Source: Marsupella aquatica (lineage: Eukaryota; Plantae; Marchantiophyta). From it: a stretch of 64,000 nucleotides of DNA. The position numbers and the translations under genes were made by a program. Below, in pieces: positions 23,141-37,171 of the stretch. The stretch covers positions 24,303,899-24,367,898 of the forward strand of contig OZ316891.1 in the NCBI GenBank assembly GCA_973895155.1, given 5' to 3'. The notes beneath the pieces were generated by a model that had not been told where the DNA came from, searched no databases, and saw nothing but the letters and a program-made list of their open reading frames with translations. The number at the start of each line of letters is the position of its first letter. The first letter of the stretch is position 1.

Positions 23141-26100
23141 TGTTTAGAATATATTCAAATGTATTCTTTTTGGATAATAAAAGTTACATTATTTATGTGA
23201 AAAATTGAAATGATTGATTACTGCATTATATATTCATGAATGATTACTTGTAATGTTCATTTTAATTCATAATGTCGAAGCCAAAATGTCTACTTGTAGA
23301 GCAAAAATTCTATTCTTGAACTCAGTTTTGGCAGCACCAGATAATACTTGTAAATTCAGTCTTTATATTCATAGTGTCTGATGCCAAAATAGATACACAT
23401 AGTATAAAACTTGTCATTTTGTAGAGATCTACTAGTGTTAAATGCAAAAAATTTGGCTTAAGTTTCTTTTAGGCCCTTGGGACTTATTGAGTATTATAGC
23501 CAATATTAATTCTCAAATTCAGTAGATACCAATTTAAATGAAAACTTTTTGTTTACTCACTATCAGTGTATTGCATTGAATATGCATTTCACCAACAAAT
23601 TAGAATACAAACCATGGTTTATTGTATGTTTTGACACTTAATTTGGTTTACTTTTTTTTTTTGTTTGGGGAGGGGGGGGGGGATAAAACCCACAAAAACC
23701 CATGGAAGGGGGGGCCCAACAGGGCAACAAAGACAGAGGCAGCAAAATGCAAACCTATGAGACGGAGAGAGAGCCCCAATGAGCAAGGACAAAAAAAGAT
23801 GCGGTCCATGCAAGCAAGGAAAGACACAATCCAAAAGAAAAGTGTCCAAGCGTGTGTGACCCACCTAAGATGTTCCTGACTAACTAATTCTTTTACTCTA
23901 AGTAATCTAGTATGTTTTCTACCAAGACCCGAGGCTTTGCAGAGGCCATGCAAAGAGTCTAACATTTATGAAAGGAGAAGATTCAAGTTAAACACTCAAT
24001 TTGGTTTACTTTGTTTAAATTGTTCCTATCACATGTGACTGAACTTGGATCCATCAGGTTTTTGCTGATGTCCTGGAGCATACCATACTTTCAAACTAGA
24101 GGAAAAGAGTTAATACAATGGGGGAAAATGGAAGTCTTGGACACTTCCCCCTTATATATGGCCCGTGGTGGTTTAAATATATTTATTTATTTATTTAAAT
24201 GAATTAAATAAATCAGTAATATCTTTGTAAAACTTCATTTAAGCATTTCTGGAATTGAAAATTCCACTTTTATCTAAATAAGGGTTCAGGGCTTCTTAAC
24301 GACAGGCAGGCGTTTAAAATTTTAATTGAATCTAGCCTGCCTCTCTGCATGTATACCTGAAAGGTCTCGATCGATAGGTCTTCCCGAATATCTTGGCCTT
24401 TCTATCTTTCGAGGGGAGGAGTTACACTCACTAGAGGAGATTCTCGGGGAGATTCTACGAACTTGGGACCCCCAAATACAACCAATCCGATCCGTATTTC
24501 CGATAACTGAAGCTGGAAGCGAGCCAAATATGACAGAAAAATCAAGCAATTGTCTCCCTTGATTCACCAATATTTCCCAAGACCTCTGGGATCTGATATG
24601 TCACCATGGCTTTGAAACCATTGACTGAGCCTTGGAGAATCCCAGGAAGCCACAAAGGAAAATTGTACACTAGAGCTCCTTACGCTAATCGATGGCTCCG
24701 ATTCTGCAATGTCAAAATACAAAATTTACCAGACACAAAAGATGACCAAAATGTGACCGTATTTCAGACATCAAGTGATCGTTTCAGAGGTCAAGTGATC
24801 CGCTAAACCCTGAATCTCCTAAAACTTTGGGTGATTGAGCACATGAAATCGGTGGACTCGGTCGAAACAATTATCAAGCGACGTCGACCATAAGCCCTAA
24901 ATCCTTTGAGAGATCGACTGCTAGGCACACTAACTTCAAGGTTGAAGTCAAAAAGTCGATCAAGCAATAGTCGACCCTAGACCAGAAATATTGTTTGAAG
25001 ATCAATTGTTAAGCACATAAACTTGGCAGATCAAGCCCAATCGCGGTGACGGATAGGATAGTTGTCAACGATTGTGTGATCGTGTCACTGATTGCTCTGT
25101 GTTGGAGGTTTCGTGCTCAAAAGAGGTGACGGTTTCCCGATGGAAACTTCAACTCAAAATGTCCAATATGATTCTTTCTTCTAAAGGATTGTTGTGTGTA
25201 CAATCTAGCAACCCATAGTGGGCATCGGCGGGCACTAACTCTTGGTGAAACTTGCACAACATTTCATCAACCGAGTGCAGAGTAATCTGGATTTGAGTTT
25301 GCTCTTTGAAGCTCTTGGTTACATTTAATCGTATTTTGAGCACCCCCTAGCTTGTGGCTCCTCTGTGGGGTCAAGTTCTCTTGAGAAAGCGTCAAAGACT
25401 TTGTGTCCGGAGTTTTTTTCCTCCTACCTTGGTATTGTGTTGGTTGCAGCACGCGTACAGAGGTGTCATATTTCTCTTTTCCTTTCGGAAAGTTCTTTGC
25501 GTATAGTCGTACGCACTATGACTTGTGACAAAATGAAGAGCATTCAGTCATTCGTGAGACGTTTACTGTGTTTTGCAACTGTATGCTCCAACTTTCTTGA
25601 TTAATAGGAATGTCCCTCTTTGTTGCTAAGACTCCTGAGCCTAACGGCGGCGATTCATCATCACTCGGTATGCTTTGAAGCCTTAATGCTGACCAGGATA
25701 ATTGACAGCTTGATTGCAGGATGGCTTAGACTAAACTATTACCACAACCCCTTGTTGTTAATCTCTTGAAAGGCCAATCTTTCAATTGAATTTCTGTCTA
25801 AGGAAACTCAGTTCCAACAACCCTTGCCAAGGGAGTTTAAACAATACATGTAACACTACATATAGTTCACGCAAACTATTACTTTGTCCATACTAGCTAG
25901 TTGAAAGTTCTTAATGTACTTTGGTATTCCTCTACCCATACTTATCTTTGTTTGTTATTCCTCTATCCATAGTAGCCAAAGGGTTTATTAAGTTACCTTG
26001 GTAAATGTTAGAGAAGTCAAAAAGTTCCTTGGGTTTCTTATGTTACCTTGGTAAATGTTAGAGTAGTTGAAGACTTTCTTTCTATTTGTCATTATTTCAA

Positions 26101-27030
26101 AAATGTAAATCAAATAAAAAATTGAAATAGATTACTAGAAAAAAATGAAGTTAAAGCCCAGATGGACTTGCAAGTAGTTCATGAAGCTTTCATGGATAAA
26201 CCAAACCTGCATGGACTGGATCAAAACATAAAAGTGTGCTTGGACACTGCTATTTACATTTCTGTCCATAAAGTAGAGTGTCAGTAACCAAGTCATCACT
26301 TCTATCCATAAATTTTCTCTATCCCTAACTCTGTCACCACTTCTGTCCTAAAAATGTCAGTGGCCATAGCACTTTTTTGTTGAGAGCTTCGCTGCTTTCT
26401 CCCAATACTCTTCCCCTTCACATAATTACACTACCTATTTTTAAGAGTTTAATAAAAAAGATAACATGTAAAGTACATTTAATTTGGTTCTTATATAAAG
26501 ACCTTATAAAATTTCCCCGAAAATTTCATCTATTCAAAGTAGATGCAACTTTGAATAGATTGAGTGCTTCACATTTTATTCATACCGCCTTAAGTAGTTT
26601 GCCCAATGGTAAAAACCAAATGAACTTAATTTACTCAAAATTGTTTCTTAATATTCATAAGCCCTGCAAAGGGGCTGAAGCAAGCAGCACAATGACTCAT
26701 GAGCCAAGGAGACAATTCCCACCAAGGAGGCCAGGTGGTACCCAAATAAGCTCAATTGTCACAAATGGATTACAATTTTTCTACACACTTTCTTGAGATT
26801 CTAGGGATTGATACTTTGCAGAATGATTATACAACTTCCATAAATGTTGTTGCAAAATATTTTTTATAGAGCATTGTTTGTTACCGGAAATGTAGTCATT
26901 TTTCCCTCGGGCCCCCATATCACAGGTGGAGTTTTCAAGTAAGAAACACCCTAAAACTTAAGAAAATAAAGTTGATTTTTACTATATTTTTTACCCCTAA
27001 TTTTATGGAATATTCTAGGAATATTCTTAC

Positions 27031-27205
27031 TATTATGCACACCATAGACACCAATACACCGGCAAGCTCACTTCCTTCTCACTCATTGTGGGAGTGTAAA
27101 ATAACTCCTATATAGTACATGGTATGGTGGTTATGTAACCGCCTCAACTCCCTATATACTAGGGTGAGTCTAGGTAATCAGGGTTAGGGTTTATCCCTTA
27201 CAACA
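27031..27205 (-). repeat. Copia 3' LTR
   Basis: Near-identical to 57794-57967. On the - strand it is preceded by the PPT AGGGGGAG (27206-27213). Confidence 0.9.
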
Positions 27206-27879
27206 CTCCCCCTTGGTTGGATGAAAAGAAATTTTCAAACAACCACAAAATATGGGGAGAAACTAACCCTTTTTTTGTGTTATAATTCTATTACATGGCC
27301 CAAGTTTAGTATGGTCTCATTAAAACCATGCTTCAATCATGGAAAGAGTGCCACTACTATTACATGGTTGAGGGTCAATAATAGGTTAAGTTCTTAACAT
27401 GTCTATGGAATCCAAAGAAAAACAACTTATGCTGAAAGATATATATTCGTATCTATACTACGATATGTAAATGTGAAATACAAACAACTGTCTGTATTTC
27501 GTAAGGAAACAATATACTATCGAGCATAGACCCTAATAGTGAAGTCGAAAATGACACATTCTGCATGGGCACGTTCGTTTGTATGGTCGGCTCTCGTAAG
27601 TTTGTTCCTGCAAGGTCAATCGAATGATGTTATGGTCGTTGTGTCTTGGTGAACTTCAAGTTCTCGTTCGGTAATGGGGAAGATCGAGATAGGTCAATGG
27701 AGCTGAGGTTGGTGCGGGGCCATTGTGTTTCACAAATTTCTCGAGGGAGCTCAAACAAAGTGCTTCAGCCATAAGGGATCCGATGTCTTCCAGTTAGTAC
27801 GTATTCTCTGAGCTCGAGTGATTTTGATTTATGCATCGGTGCCTTGCAGCATCAATGCCATGCTCCTCATTCCTATGCC

Positions 27880-30530
27880 ATATATATGTATGCTCACGGT
27901 GGAGGGATGGTGGTAGGGGTTTTGTAAACAAATCTGCCCTATTTTCTTTGTTAGGAATCCACTACATGTTGACCTGTTCTCCATGCTGTTCGTGTGTATA
28001 GAAGAATTTGGGCGCTATATGTTTGATTCGGTCCCTTTTGATGAATTTCTGCACTATCTGATCGACACAAGGTTGATTATCTTCATGTATGATCATCGGT
28101 AGATTAAATCGGGGTCTGTGTGTATGTGAATATGGTCAATCAAGTGGCGTAACCAAATGCATTCCCTAGTTGCCTTGTAGAGCGCAATTATCTCCGCGTG
28201 ATTAGAAGAAGTAGCTGTTAGTGTCTGTTTGCAGCTTTTCCACGAGATTGCAGTGCCGCCTTGGAGAAAAACATATCCCGTTTGGGATTTTGCGTCGTCT
28301 GGATCTGAAAGGTACCCTGCGTCCGCGTATCCCACCAATAGGTTTTCTAACTGCTTCGGAAAGAATAGTCCCATATCGGTGGTTCCTCGCAGGTAACAAA
28401 AAATGCGCTTGACCCCATTCCAATGACGTATGGTGGGCTTTGCGCTATGGCGAGCGAGGAGATTCACTGCAAATGAGATATCAGGATGGGACTGTGTAGC
28501 AAGGTACATCAGGGCCCCTATAGTAGAGAGATAAGGTTTTTTGGGGCCAAGAATCATTTCTGGTTCAGTCCATTTCTTGAATGTATCCTTATCAGGATCT
28601 GAGGATCTCAAATCCATAGGGGTGCTAACCGGGTGAGCAGAATCCATGTTGAATTGCCTGAGTACCTTCTTCGTATAGGTAGATTGGTTAATGAGTATTC
28701 CATTCGGTAAGTAATTGAATTGTAAGCCCAAACAATATGTGGGCTTTCCAATATCCCGCATTTCGAAGGTTGTCTTAAGTATCTCAATTGTATGAGTTGT
28801 GATTGTTGCTGTGCCAAAAATGTTTATATCATCCACATAGATTGCGATAATCATAAAATCCTCTCCCTCCTGTTTGAGAAATAGACAAGGAGCAATGTCA
28901 TCAGTAATGAAATTCAATGTAAGCATTTCAGCTTTGAATCGTTTGTATGGGTATGGCACATGTGACAGTAAACAGGAAACAGGTTTACTGGTACCAGGAA
29001 ATAGGTCCGCGTATCCCACCAATAGGTCCGCGTATCCGGTTTTCTGACTGCTTTGGAAAGAATAGTTTCATTTTCCAAAAAATCCTAAGTTACAACATTT
29101 TTTGGCTAGCTTTGGGCGCTAGCAAATAAAATAAAATTTTGAAAGGAAAAAAAAACTTTCTTTTCCCAAAAAAAAATTTCAAAAAAATTTCAAAAAAATT
29201 ACCACTCATTTTCCTGTTACCAGTTTTTGTTTTCTGTTGCTGTTTGCTGTTTCCTGTCGTTTGTAAATACCCCGTTTGTACCATGTCCGTCCACTCTGTT
29301 TTAAACCATACATGGAATGAAGTACCTGAACTGCAAGTTGTCTTTTAACTCTCTTTGTCTGAGTAGCAGGAGTAAGAAGTGGGGGAGATATCCGTTTTCT
29401 CTGATCGGATGTGTGCAGCACATCTTGCTGAGTCAGGACAGAAGGTCCGAGCTCCATCGTCAATGAATCCAAATCTCCTATAGGGCGAGTTTGGAGTACT
29501 CCAGGTTGCAGACCTGGGTTTATTCTACCTGTTTTCTCCCCCTCAATGTGGAACATTAATCTCTTAATTAGTTCCAGGGGTGCCTGCATATATATTGTGG
29601 TATCAAGTATACCATACAGATAGGCAGTGATCACGTCTAAAACATGCATGACGAGTTTGTTTAGGAGAGCATATGTGATTAGATATCTATATGTGATTGA
29701 ATCCATCACAGGAGAGTAAGTTTGATCAAAGTCCCGGCCGGGAATCTGGGTGTAGCCCTTCGCTACTAAGCGAGCTTTATGTTTGATCACTTCTCCTTTC
29801 GCATTGCGTTTCCTGACAAAGATGAACCTATAACCCGTGAGATGGGTACCTGCAGGAGCAGGTATAATCGGTCCAAAAACTTTTTATTTTATAAGGGAGT
29901 CAAGTTCTGAGTTTATAGCTAGCTCCCATTGTGGCCAGTCTGGTCGAGATTGGGCCTCAGCAATCGTTAGAGGATCTGGTGTATCGTTTGTGATCTCCTC
30001 AGAGATATTAAACACAAATGTATCATCGACCTGTATTGTGTCTCGCTGCAATATTTTCCCAGTATGTACATAATTAATCGTGATCTCCTCATTATCGACC
30101 TGTCGTTGTAAAGGTGATTCTGTAACTGGTATAATAGGGGATGGAAGGCCTGTACGCGGCAGTCTAGGGTGAGAGTCCCTGGATCCCAGAGGGTGACCTT
30201 GCTTCGCCCTTGGTGCAGCTTCAGTTGCTGGTGTAGACTTCCGAGAAATGCGAGCTGGAATGTTTGCTGCCTCTAAATGTGAGCGAGTGACCGTGGCTGC
30301 GTCGTTGAAGGCATCTGGGAGTTTCATAAGCATCTGTTGTAGGTGGAGGACACGTTGTACTCCTTGATCTTCTTCTTTAGTGCGGTGGTCGTCAGTAAAA
30401 GGGTGTGTAGAAAACCATTGTAAGTCCTTCATTTTGACCTCTCCATTTCTGTTTGGGTCTTCTGTAAGAGTTGGAAACTCATCTTTGAAGAAATTGCAGT
30501 CTTGGAACCATGCTTTGAAAATGTCTGTTG
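27880..30530 (-). pseudogene. pol: Copia integrase C-terminus, RT and RNase H
   Basis: HKARLVAKGYTQ, YGLKQSGRTW, IYVDD, VGYADAGY, SQTGYVF, SSNHAE. Contains stops and frameshifts. Confidence 0.9.
28949..29272. mobile_element. Mutator-like MITE inserted in Copia RT
   Basis: TIR GGGTAT...ATACCC with extended imperfect inverted repeats and a 9-bp TSD CGTTTGTAT/CGTTTGTAC. Removing it restores RTWYKRFKAE. Confidence 0.75.
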
Positions 30531-30535
30531 TTGGG

Positions 30536-33500
30536 TGTGATGCCTAGCCAGGAATCACTAGGCCAGTTAAGTGGGGAAACGGAGGTGTACCCTATAAACA
30601 CATTAGTATAGTAACAAAAACAAGGAAAATATAAACAATTAAGGGTGACTATGGAACCCGGGCCATGACCGAAGGTAAGGACGCTGGGGGAGAGAACACA
30701 ATTAGGGTTAGGGTGCGCTAAGCATTGGCGGCTAGGGGTAACCAATGGGAGGAAAGACCAGAGGAGGAGAGGGGTAAGGACCGCTCCCAAGGAATGGTGG
30801 CTCATTGGCAAGCATGAACTGGGCAGACGACTACGGAAGGCCAACTACTGTCAGCTGCTTAGGCAAGCACTCGGTGCGGGAGCAGATACCAACGATTGAG
30901 TCAAGGAGGGTATGAGCAACGTCAATCAAGCGGCACATTTTTGGGGATGCCTGTTCGAACGGGCAACTGAGTACATTAGGACTTACAAGGACAAAGAATC
31001 GGAGAGAGCAGCTCAAGAACGGCAAGAGCTCGCTTGACTATGGGAGCTACAGAAGTCTGCCTTCTTAGGAGGAGAACTCATCAAGGCCGAGTTCTTGTGG
31101 ACTCCTACTGCCAATCAGCTCAATGACCTTCTGTTTTGCGAAGACAGAATCGTCGGCATTCGGGAAGCCATCAACCGCTGCAACGATGCGCACTGGGAGT
31201 TGAAGGGTAGCACGGAGGGGTGGACAAAGGCAACTGTGCTAGGAGAAACATCCACGGCAGCCGAGATGAAGAGGAAAGGAAACAACAACGAAGAGGCCAC
31301 CCCGGCAAAAAGAACAAGGTCGGCAGCACCAAGGAAGCCAGCAAAGCAGCAGAACAGGAGGCAGGGAGAAGCCAAAGAGGAGGAGGTTGATCCCATCAAT
31401 GCCATTCCAACAAAGGATGACACCTGGAAAGGCTGGGCGGCGACCCTACCAGAGGAAGTGCAATTACATTTTTCACGGGAGGAGGATGCATGCTTTACGG
31501 CCATGCAGACCAAGAAGTACCATGGCTTCATGGCTAGATCCGGCTTGGAAACCTTCGTAAGATTACCATGGCTGAAGCCAGAGGTGCCGGACTCAGACTT
31601 ATTAGAATTCATGGGATCATGGGAACCTGAGACTAATTCCAGGAGGGTGTATGGGAAGGATTTCTATCTCACTCCCCAGGTGATTGTCGAGGTGTTTGGC
31701 TTGCTGATGGGTAATAAGACCAAGGTTGATACCAGGAAAACCTTACCTGACAAAGAGTTCCGGTCGTTCCCAGGACCATCAACAAAGAATGGCTTCTTCC
31801 GGAACACCTCCACCAACTCGCACATCGGAGAGATGATCGATTTCTTGCGGGTGACCATGCATTGTAACTTGCCAAGGGCAGAGATCGGCAAGGCTTAGGT
31901 CTACCTAGCAGAAAGGCCAGACCCAAGCCGGTACAGGACACTGCCCCAGAGGCCGGCTTAAGCCGACTTAGGAGGGAAAACCCCTTTATTGGAGCCAACG
32001 AGAGAAGGAGGCCGGAACACAAGCCAGGAGTTTGAATGTATGTGGGAGCTTCAAGCCCCAAATCGGAGGAAGAACAGCCTAAGGCTCCTTCCTGTGGAAA
32101 GCAGAGGGAGAGGACAGCCTGGAAACTAGAGGAGGAACAAGAGCCCATGATCTGTGAGGCCATTTTCACGGCAGGACCAAGGGAACAGAGGGGGAAGCCG
32201 GGAGTCCAAGTAGTGGAGGAGGCGGTGGAGGACTACAACAATGATAACTCCGGCTATGGGTTGGATCATCATGTTCCAAGAGTAAGGACCCGTGGCCGAC
32301 TTATCCCCACGCTTCCAAGAGTAGTTTGAGGGGACCCCACCCAGCAGAGTAGCCCCAAGTCTCCCCCACCAGAGGTTGCTCCCCCGAGCTTTGATGGCAT
32401 AAAGTAGACGGCACAAGAATTTCAGGAGCAACTTAGGGAGGAAGAGAAAGCAGCCCTGGCTAGGGAGAAAGATTTACCAGGAGGAGATTGGCCGGAGGAC
32501 ATCAGGCGGCTTGCCAAAAAAAGAAGCAACCCTCTTGCCACCATAGAAGAAATCCGCAAGGCAGCTTGGGAACAGAGGCCGAGGTGGTTGATGCTGATGA
32601 CTTCTACTTACTCCACCTATGCTAAAGATAGAGCCATGGAGTACAGGGGGAAGTCTGGGGACCTGGCGCTCAGCATATTTTGGGAGGAGTTGGAGCAGGG
32701 ACCTTTTTTCCAGAGGGAGATGTTGAAGAAGCACCGATTAGAAGAAGCGGTGGCTTTGGAGAGAAGCAAGAAGGACGAGGTCATCCGGCGGCTTAGGGAG
32801 ATGGAAGCCAAGGTGGAAGACTTGCAAGCGGCTAAGAAAGCCCAAGATGAGCTGCAAATTAAGCGACATGAGCCAAACATCATGCAAGGACAATTGGATG
32901 CCGCTCAATCTGGCAATCAGATTATCAAGGATAAACTTACTCGGACCCAAGGAGAGTTGGCCAGTGCGGTCAAGGACAGGGAAAAGTGGAAGCAGGAGCT
33001 GAGGGACGCAGAGGAGGCCCACATAACCGCCAACAACCGGGCCATGGCGGAGACTCAGAGAAGGGAGAGGGCGTTGAAAGGAGAGCTCGAGGATATCCGC
33101 GGAGCCCTTGAGCAGAAGGAGGCCGAGTTAGGGAAATCCTATCAAGGGATTATTGCGCTGTAGCAGGAGCTTGCATCCCTGAAGGCCAGCTTCAAGGCCA
33201 ACCTGCGTGAGAAGGACGACCAGCTCGACCAGACTTATGCCAAGATGAATAAGATGGAGTCTGAGGTCGTAGCGGAGCTCAACAAGGAGCTAAGAGCAAC
33301 CCAGGAGGAGAGGGCTACCTTAAAATTGGAATTGGAAGAAGCCAGAAAGGAGCTGTAGGAGGGACGGAAGGACCTGGAGGAAGCCCAGGAGGAGTTGGAG
33401 GAAACCACCAAGAAGATGGAGAACTTACAGCAGCGGGCCAACAACCAAATGGAGCGGCTGAAGAAACAGGCCGCAGTATTTAAGTGCTTAGCTTCATCTG

Positions 33501-34910
33501 GTCCAACTCCAATTGTGGGAACTCTGTTACCAGGAGGGGTACTGGGCGAAAGACAAGCCGAGACACACGCCCCGGTGCCGGAGGTAGGTAGCAAGGGGAA
33601 GGGACCAGCTACCAAAACAGGGAAGAAAAAGAAGCGGAAATCTTCTGGGTCTAGGAGTTATACGGCTTACCAAGCCGTTGTGACCCAAGAGGTCAACCTA
33701 GCACCAACCTCCGGCATGGTCACGGCAGTAGACCAACCTGTTGAAGAAGGTGGGGATGGCAAGGCCAAGGCCGAGACAGCTTTTGATGAAGCCGAGGTAC
33801 CGGATCCTCCACTAGAACATGTCGGGGAGGCCGAAGCCGTATCGAAGGCCGTGACCGATGCTGGGGCCAAAGCCGAGGGTGGACCCAGTGAAGCCGATGA
33901 AGAGTTGAATCGATCCGGGGCAGGTAATCTATCAGAGGACGGACCAACGGTAGTGGCTGCGGGGGAAGCATTGGGGGCGTCCATTGAGGATCCGCCACCG
34001 GTGTCATGACGGTGCAAGGGCGTCGTTCCTTTAAGGAAGGGCGGACGTGGAGGTAGGAGGCGTGAGTGGGCAGGGCGGGCTCAGATCTCCAAGTTTAGGA
34101 TTAGGATCAAGACCAGGAGACGGCCCTGACACTTAGATTAGTGGGATGGCGGATCCATTGGTAGGAGCAACACTTGTGCTCCTGCCTCGCTGTACAGTTA
34201 GGTAGATTACAGGTAGGATAGATTAAGCTTACGCAGCAAAGTTCTGGACAGATCCGCTGCCAGGATAAATACCTGGGCAGCGGGGAGTCCAGGGCCTCTT
34301 CTTTAGCAAGTTTTTAGTTGCACCAGCAGGGCTGGGATCAAATAGTAAGAGAAGCTCTCGGTTAGTTATACAGTGACCCTTGTGTATATTCATGTTTCTC
34401 ATGCCTAAGAACTGAATAGAGTTGGCCTCACAGCTTAGTTTGCAAAGCTTGTGTATGAGATGTACTGGTTGTATGGCAAGTGCATGGTATGACTCAGTCA
34501 GAAGGAGTCATTTTGCTATTTGTGCGTCGCATTAACTTGTGTGAAGAGTGCCCACATCAATGAAGGGAAGTAGCAAGGGAGTGAGAATTGGATGTGTCGA
34601 GCTGAGAGAGGTCTTAGCGACTTAACCAAGCCAATTGGGGATCATTCCGGCGTCGGAATCCAAACATACCTAATGGAAGACCAGGAGAGGAATACAAGGG
34701 AGGGCTTAGAATAGGCCGGCTAAGTATCTCATGACCCGATGAAGGATCTGTCCAGTATATGTGTGTAAAATGTTAATAGTAGTTGAAGGAGAGTTAGCAG
34801 CGTCCCATGCCGCTAAGCCACAGAAACGGCCTCACCAAGGACGAAACCTGCGGGAATCGGCTTGAGCAAGGGGGTTTTCTTGGGTTTGGGGAGCCATGGG
34901 ACGCACCACA
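30536..34910 (+). repeat. 5' LTR of element A (4375 bp) with a pseudogenised copy of the 1131-aa ORF (~30912-34009)
   Basis: TG...CA termini, followed by the PBS. Collinear with 41267-45759 and 46196-50885. Many TAG/TGA stops and a ~350-bp deletion at 31930. Confidence 0.88.
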
Positions 34911-34914
34911 TTTT

Positions 34915-34932
34915 TGGCACTAGATGGAGGGG
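34915..34932 (+). other. Primer-binding site, tRNA-Asn type
   Basis: TGGCACTAGATGGAGGGG lies 4 nt after the LTR, with two mismatches to the plant tRNA-Asn complement TGGCGCTAGAAGGAGGGG. Confidence 0.7.
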
Positions 34933-34979
34933 GCATTTCTTAAGCCGTGAGATATGAAGTTAGGAAGGAAGCGTGGGTA

Positions 34980-37171
34980 ATGACTGAACCTACGCCGAAA
35001 GAGGAAAGAGCGATTCAACGGGAGAGAGCTCATCTGCAGCAGCTCGCCGGGTGGCATGATACACAGCAACTGAGAGGGGCAGAAAGAGCTAGTAGTTCCA
35101 TAACTGAAAGTGGCATTGAAGAAGACATACCAGAAGAAGGGTCGGTAAGGAGAAGTGAGTCTCCAACCGACATGGGGGAACCAGAGGCACGGCCAGATGA
35201 GAGGCCAAGGACCAAACTGAGCCAACGATCGCATATTCATTACAAGGCCTTTCATGGAAGAGGAGATGAGGATCCGGACGAATGGTTGGATGACTTCGAA
35301 GGAACTGTTGCAACAAATGGAGAATCTGCCATCAAGATGAAAATTCTTCCCGGCTTGTTCAAAGGTGAGGCTAGGCCTTGGTACAGAGCATTGGACGTGG
35401 AAGATCAAGCCATCTGGAATACTTTCAGATCACTATTTGTCAAGGAGTTTTGACCCATTGGAACTTCAGAGTTAGCAGTGCTGAAGTTGGGACGACTTTG
35501 GTTCAAGGAGAATAAATCTTTCAGGAAGTTCCTGCAACGCTTCCAAAAGCTAGTAAGACGTACCAAGACCAATGCATCTGAAGGTATGCAACTTCAATGG
35601 TTAGTGAATGCTTTGCCACAGAAGATGAGTTTTGCAATTAGGAAGGAGAATCTAGAGACTTTAGCCGAGGCAATTAGAGATATTCAATTATACATAAATG
35701 CAGATATCACAAGCCGAAAGAAACAGCTTAAGTCTGAGAGTTCCTCATCGGAGGAAGGATCAACCCATCAAAAAAACGATAAGAAAAAGAAACATTCTAA
35801 GAAGTCAAGAAGTGATAACTCAAGCTCGGATAGTGGAGGTAGCAAGAGTGAGTCATCTTCTAGTTCTGAAGAAGAAAAAACTAGGAAAACAAAGGGTAGA
35901 AAGAGGGGAAAGATGAAAGTCAAGCTAGAGGCTAAAACACCAGATAACATCATAGCCCTTACCGAGCAGCTTAAGGCTATAATTGCAGAGGTAAAATCAA
36001 AGAAGAAGGTAGTACAGGAGGATAGCTCTATATGGTGTACCTTATGTTATAAAACCGGACACCATAAAGATGCATGTCCTAAACTTAATACTAGTCATGT
36101 TCGGCATGTGGCTGAGGTTAGACCATGTCAGGGAGAAGTAGAGTACTTTTTAGGGGATGCTGCTGATAGTGTTTTTGGCATCAGTGAGACTGGAGCACGA
36201 GACCTATCCAACAGACCTGCATCTCTCTGGTCAAGATTAAGGAACAATACGGGAGAAATGTATCCTCGGATTATTCAAAATCCATCAGTACCTCCTAGGC
36301 CAAATGTGCAAAGATTTGCGGCATGCTATAATTGTGGTCAACCTGGTCATTTTGCTAGAGAATGCCCGAATGACGCAAACAAGGTGATGGACAACCAGCT
36401 CAGCTATGTATGGGATGCCGACAGGAGGGCCACCTGCTAGGACAATGTCCTACGTGGTTGGCAGGCATGGCCGCAAACCATAAGCTCTTGCCAGTCAAGG
36501 TCTTGCCACCAGGTACTACCCCCGGAGGAGTTCAAATCAACCACATCAAACTCGGATGGCAAACGGATGCCAAGGCAGAGTTCTGACCATCTGATGATGA
36601 GGCCGAGGCCCTATCAACCTTCTCAGAGGAGGATTTGGATCATGATTGCTACTGGGTCTCTATTCGATCTACCAGAAGGAAGGAAAGGTGGGATGGGCTG
36701 GCCAAAAATAAAGAGAAGGATAAGGAAGAAAGAATCGACTCTTTGTTAACATCAACAGAAGGGGAAGGAAAGGTGCCGGCAACACAGGTAAGCCATGCGC
36801 CCACCCGTGAGCCCAATCCTTCACAGGATAGCGACTTCAATCGAGATCACCCTAAGTTGTTCTACCCCTCTATTACGGCTAGTGCTAAGGAACAATTGCA
36901 AGAATTAGAAACCCTGGAGAATACCAAAGCCATAGCCAAGGATGTGAAACAAGCAAAAGCGTTGTTTGCTTTGGAGGATCCAATGGCTGTGGAAACCAGC
37001 GTGGAAAAATAGGCCAAAGCCAAGATGAAGACACCGCCAAAAGAGAAGCCGATAGTTCCCTATGACCTGGCTAAAGATGTGCTAGAATCTAGAGTCTTGG
37101 CAACCGTAGGTCAACTATTGAAAAATAGCCTGTACTTCCAGAAGCAGTTAAGGACGGCGATTCTCGGCAAG
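34980..37171 (+). pseudogene. gag: gag of element A, truncated before protease
   Basis: EDPDEWLDDFE, KGEARPWY, an S/K-rich tract, WCTLCYKTGHHKDACP and CYNCGQPGHFARECP. Clearly homologous to G1 Gag. Confidence 0.85.

Noticed and set aside
23600-26800. Possible degraded retroelement or gene fragments
   Set aside because: I could identify no convincing protein motif, termini or TSD by eye.
30700-30715. TAGGGTTAGGG telomere-like motif, also in C, D and the Copia LTRs
   Set aside because: Only one or two units, consistent with a common plant telo-box-like promoter motif rather than a telomeric array.
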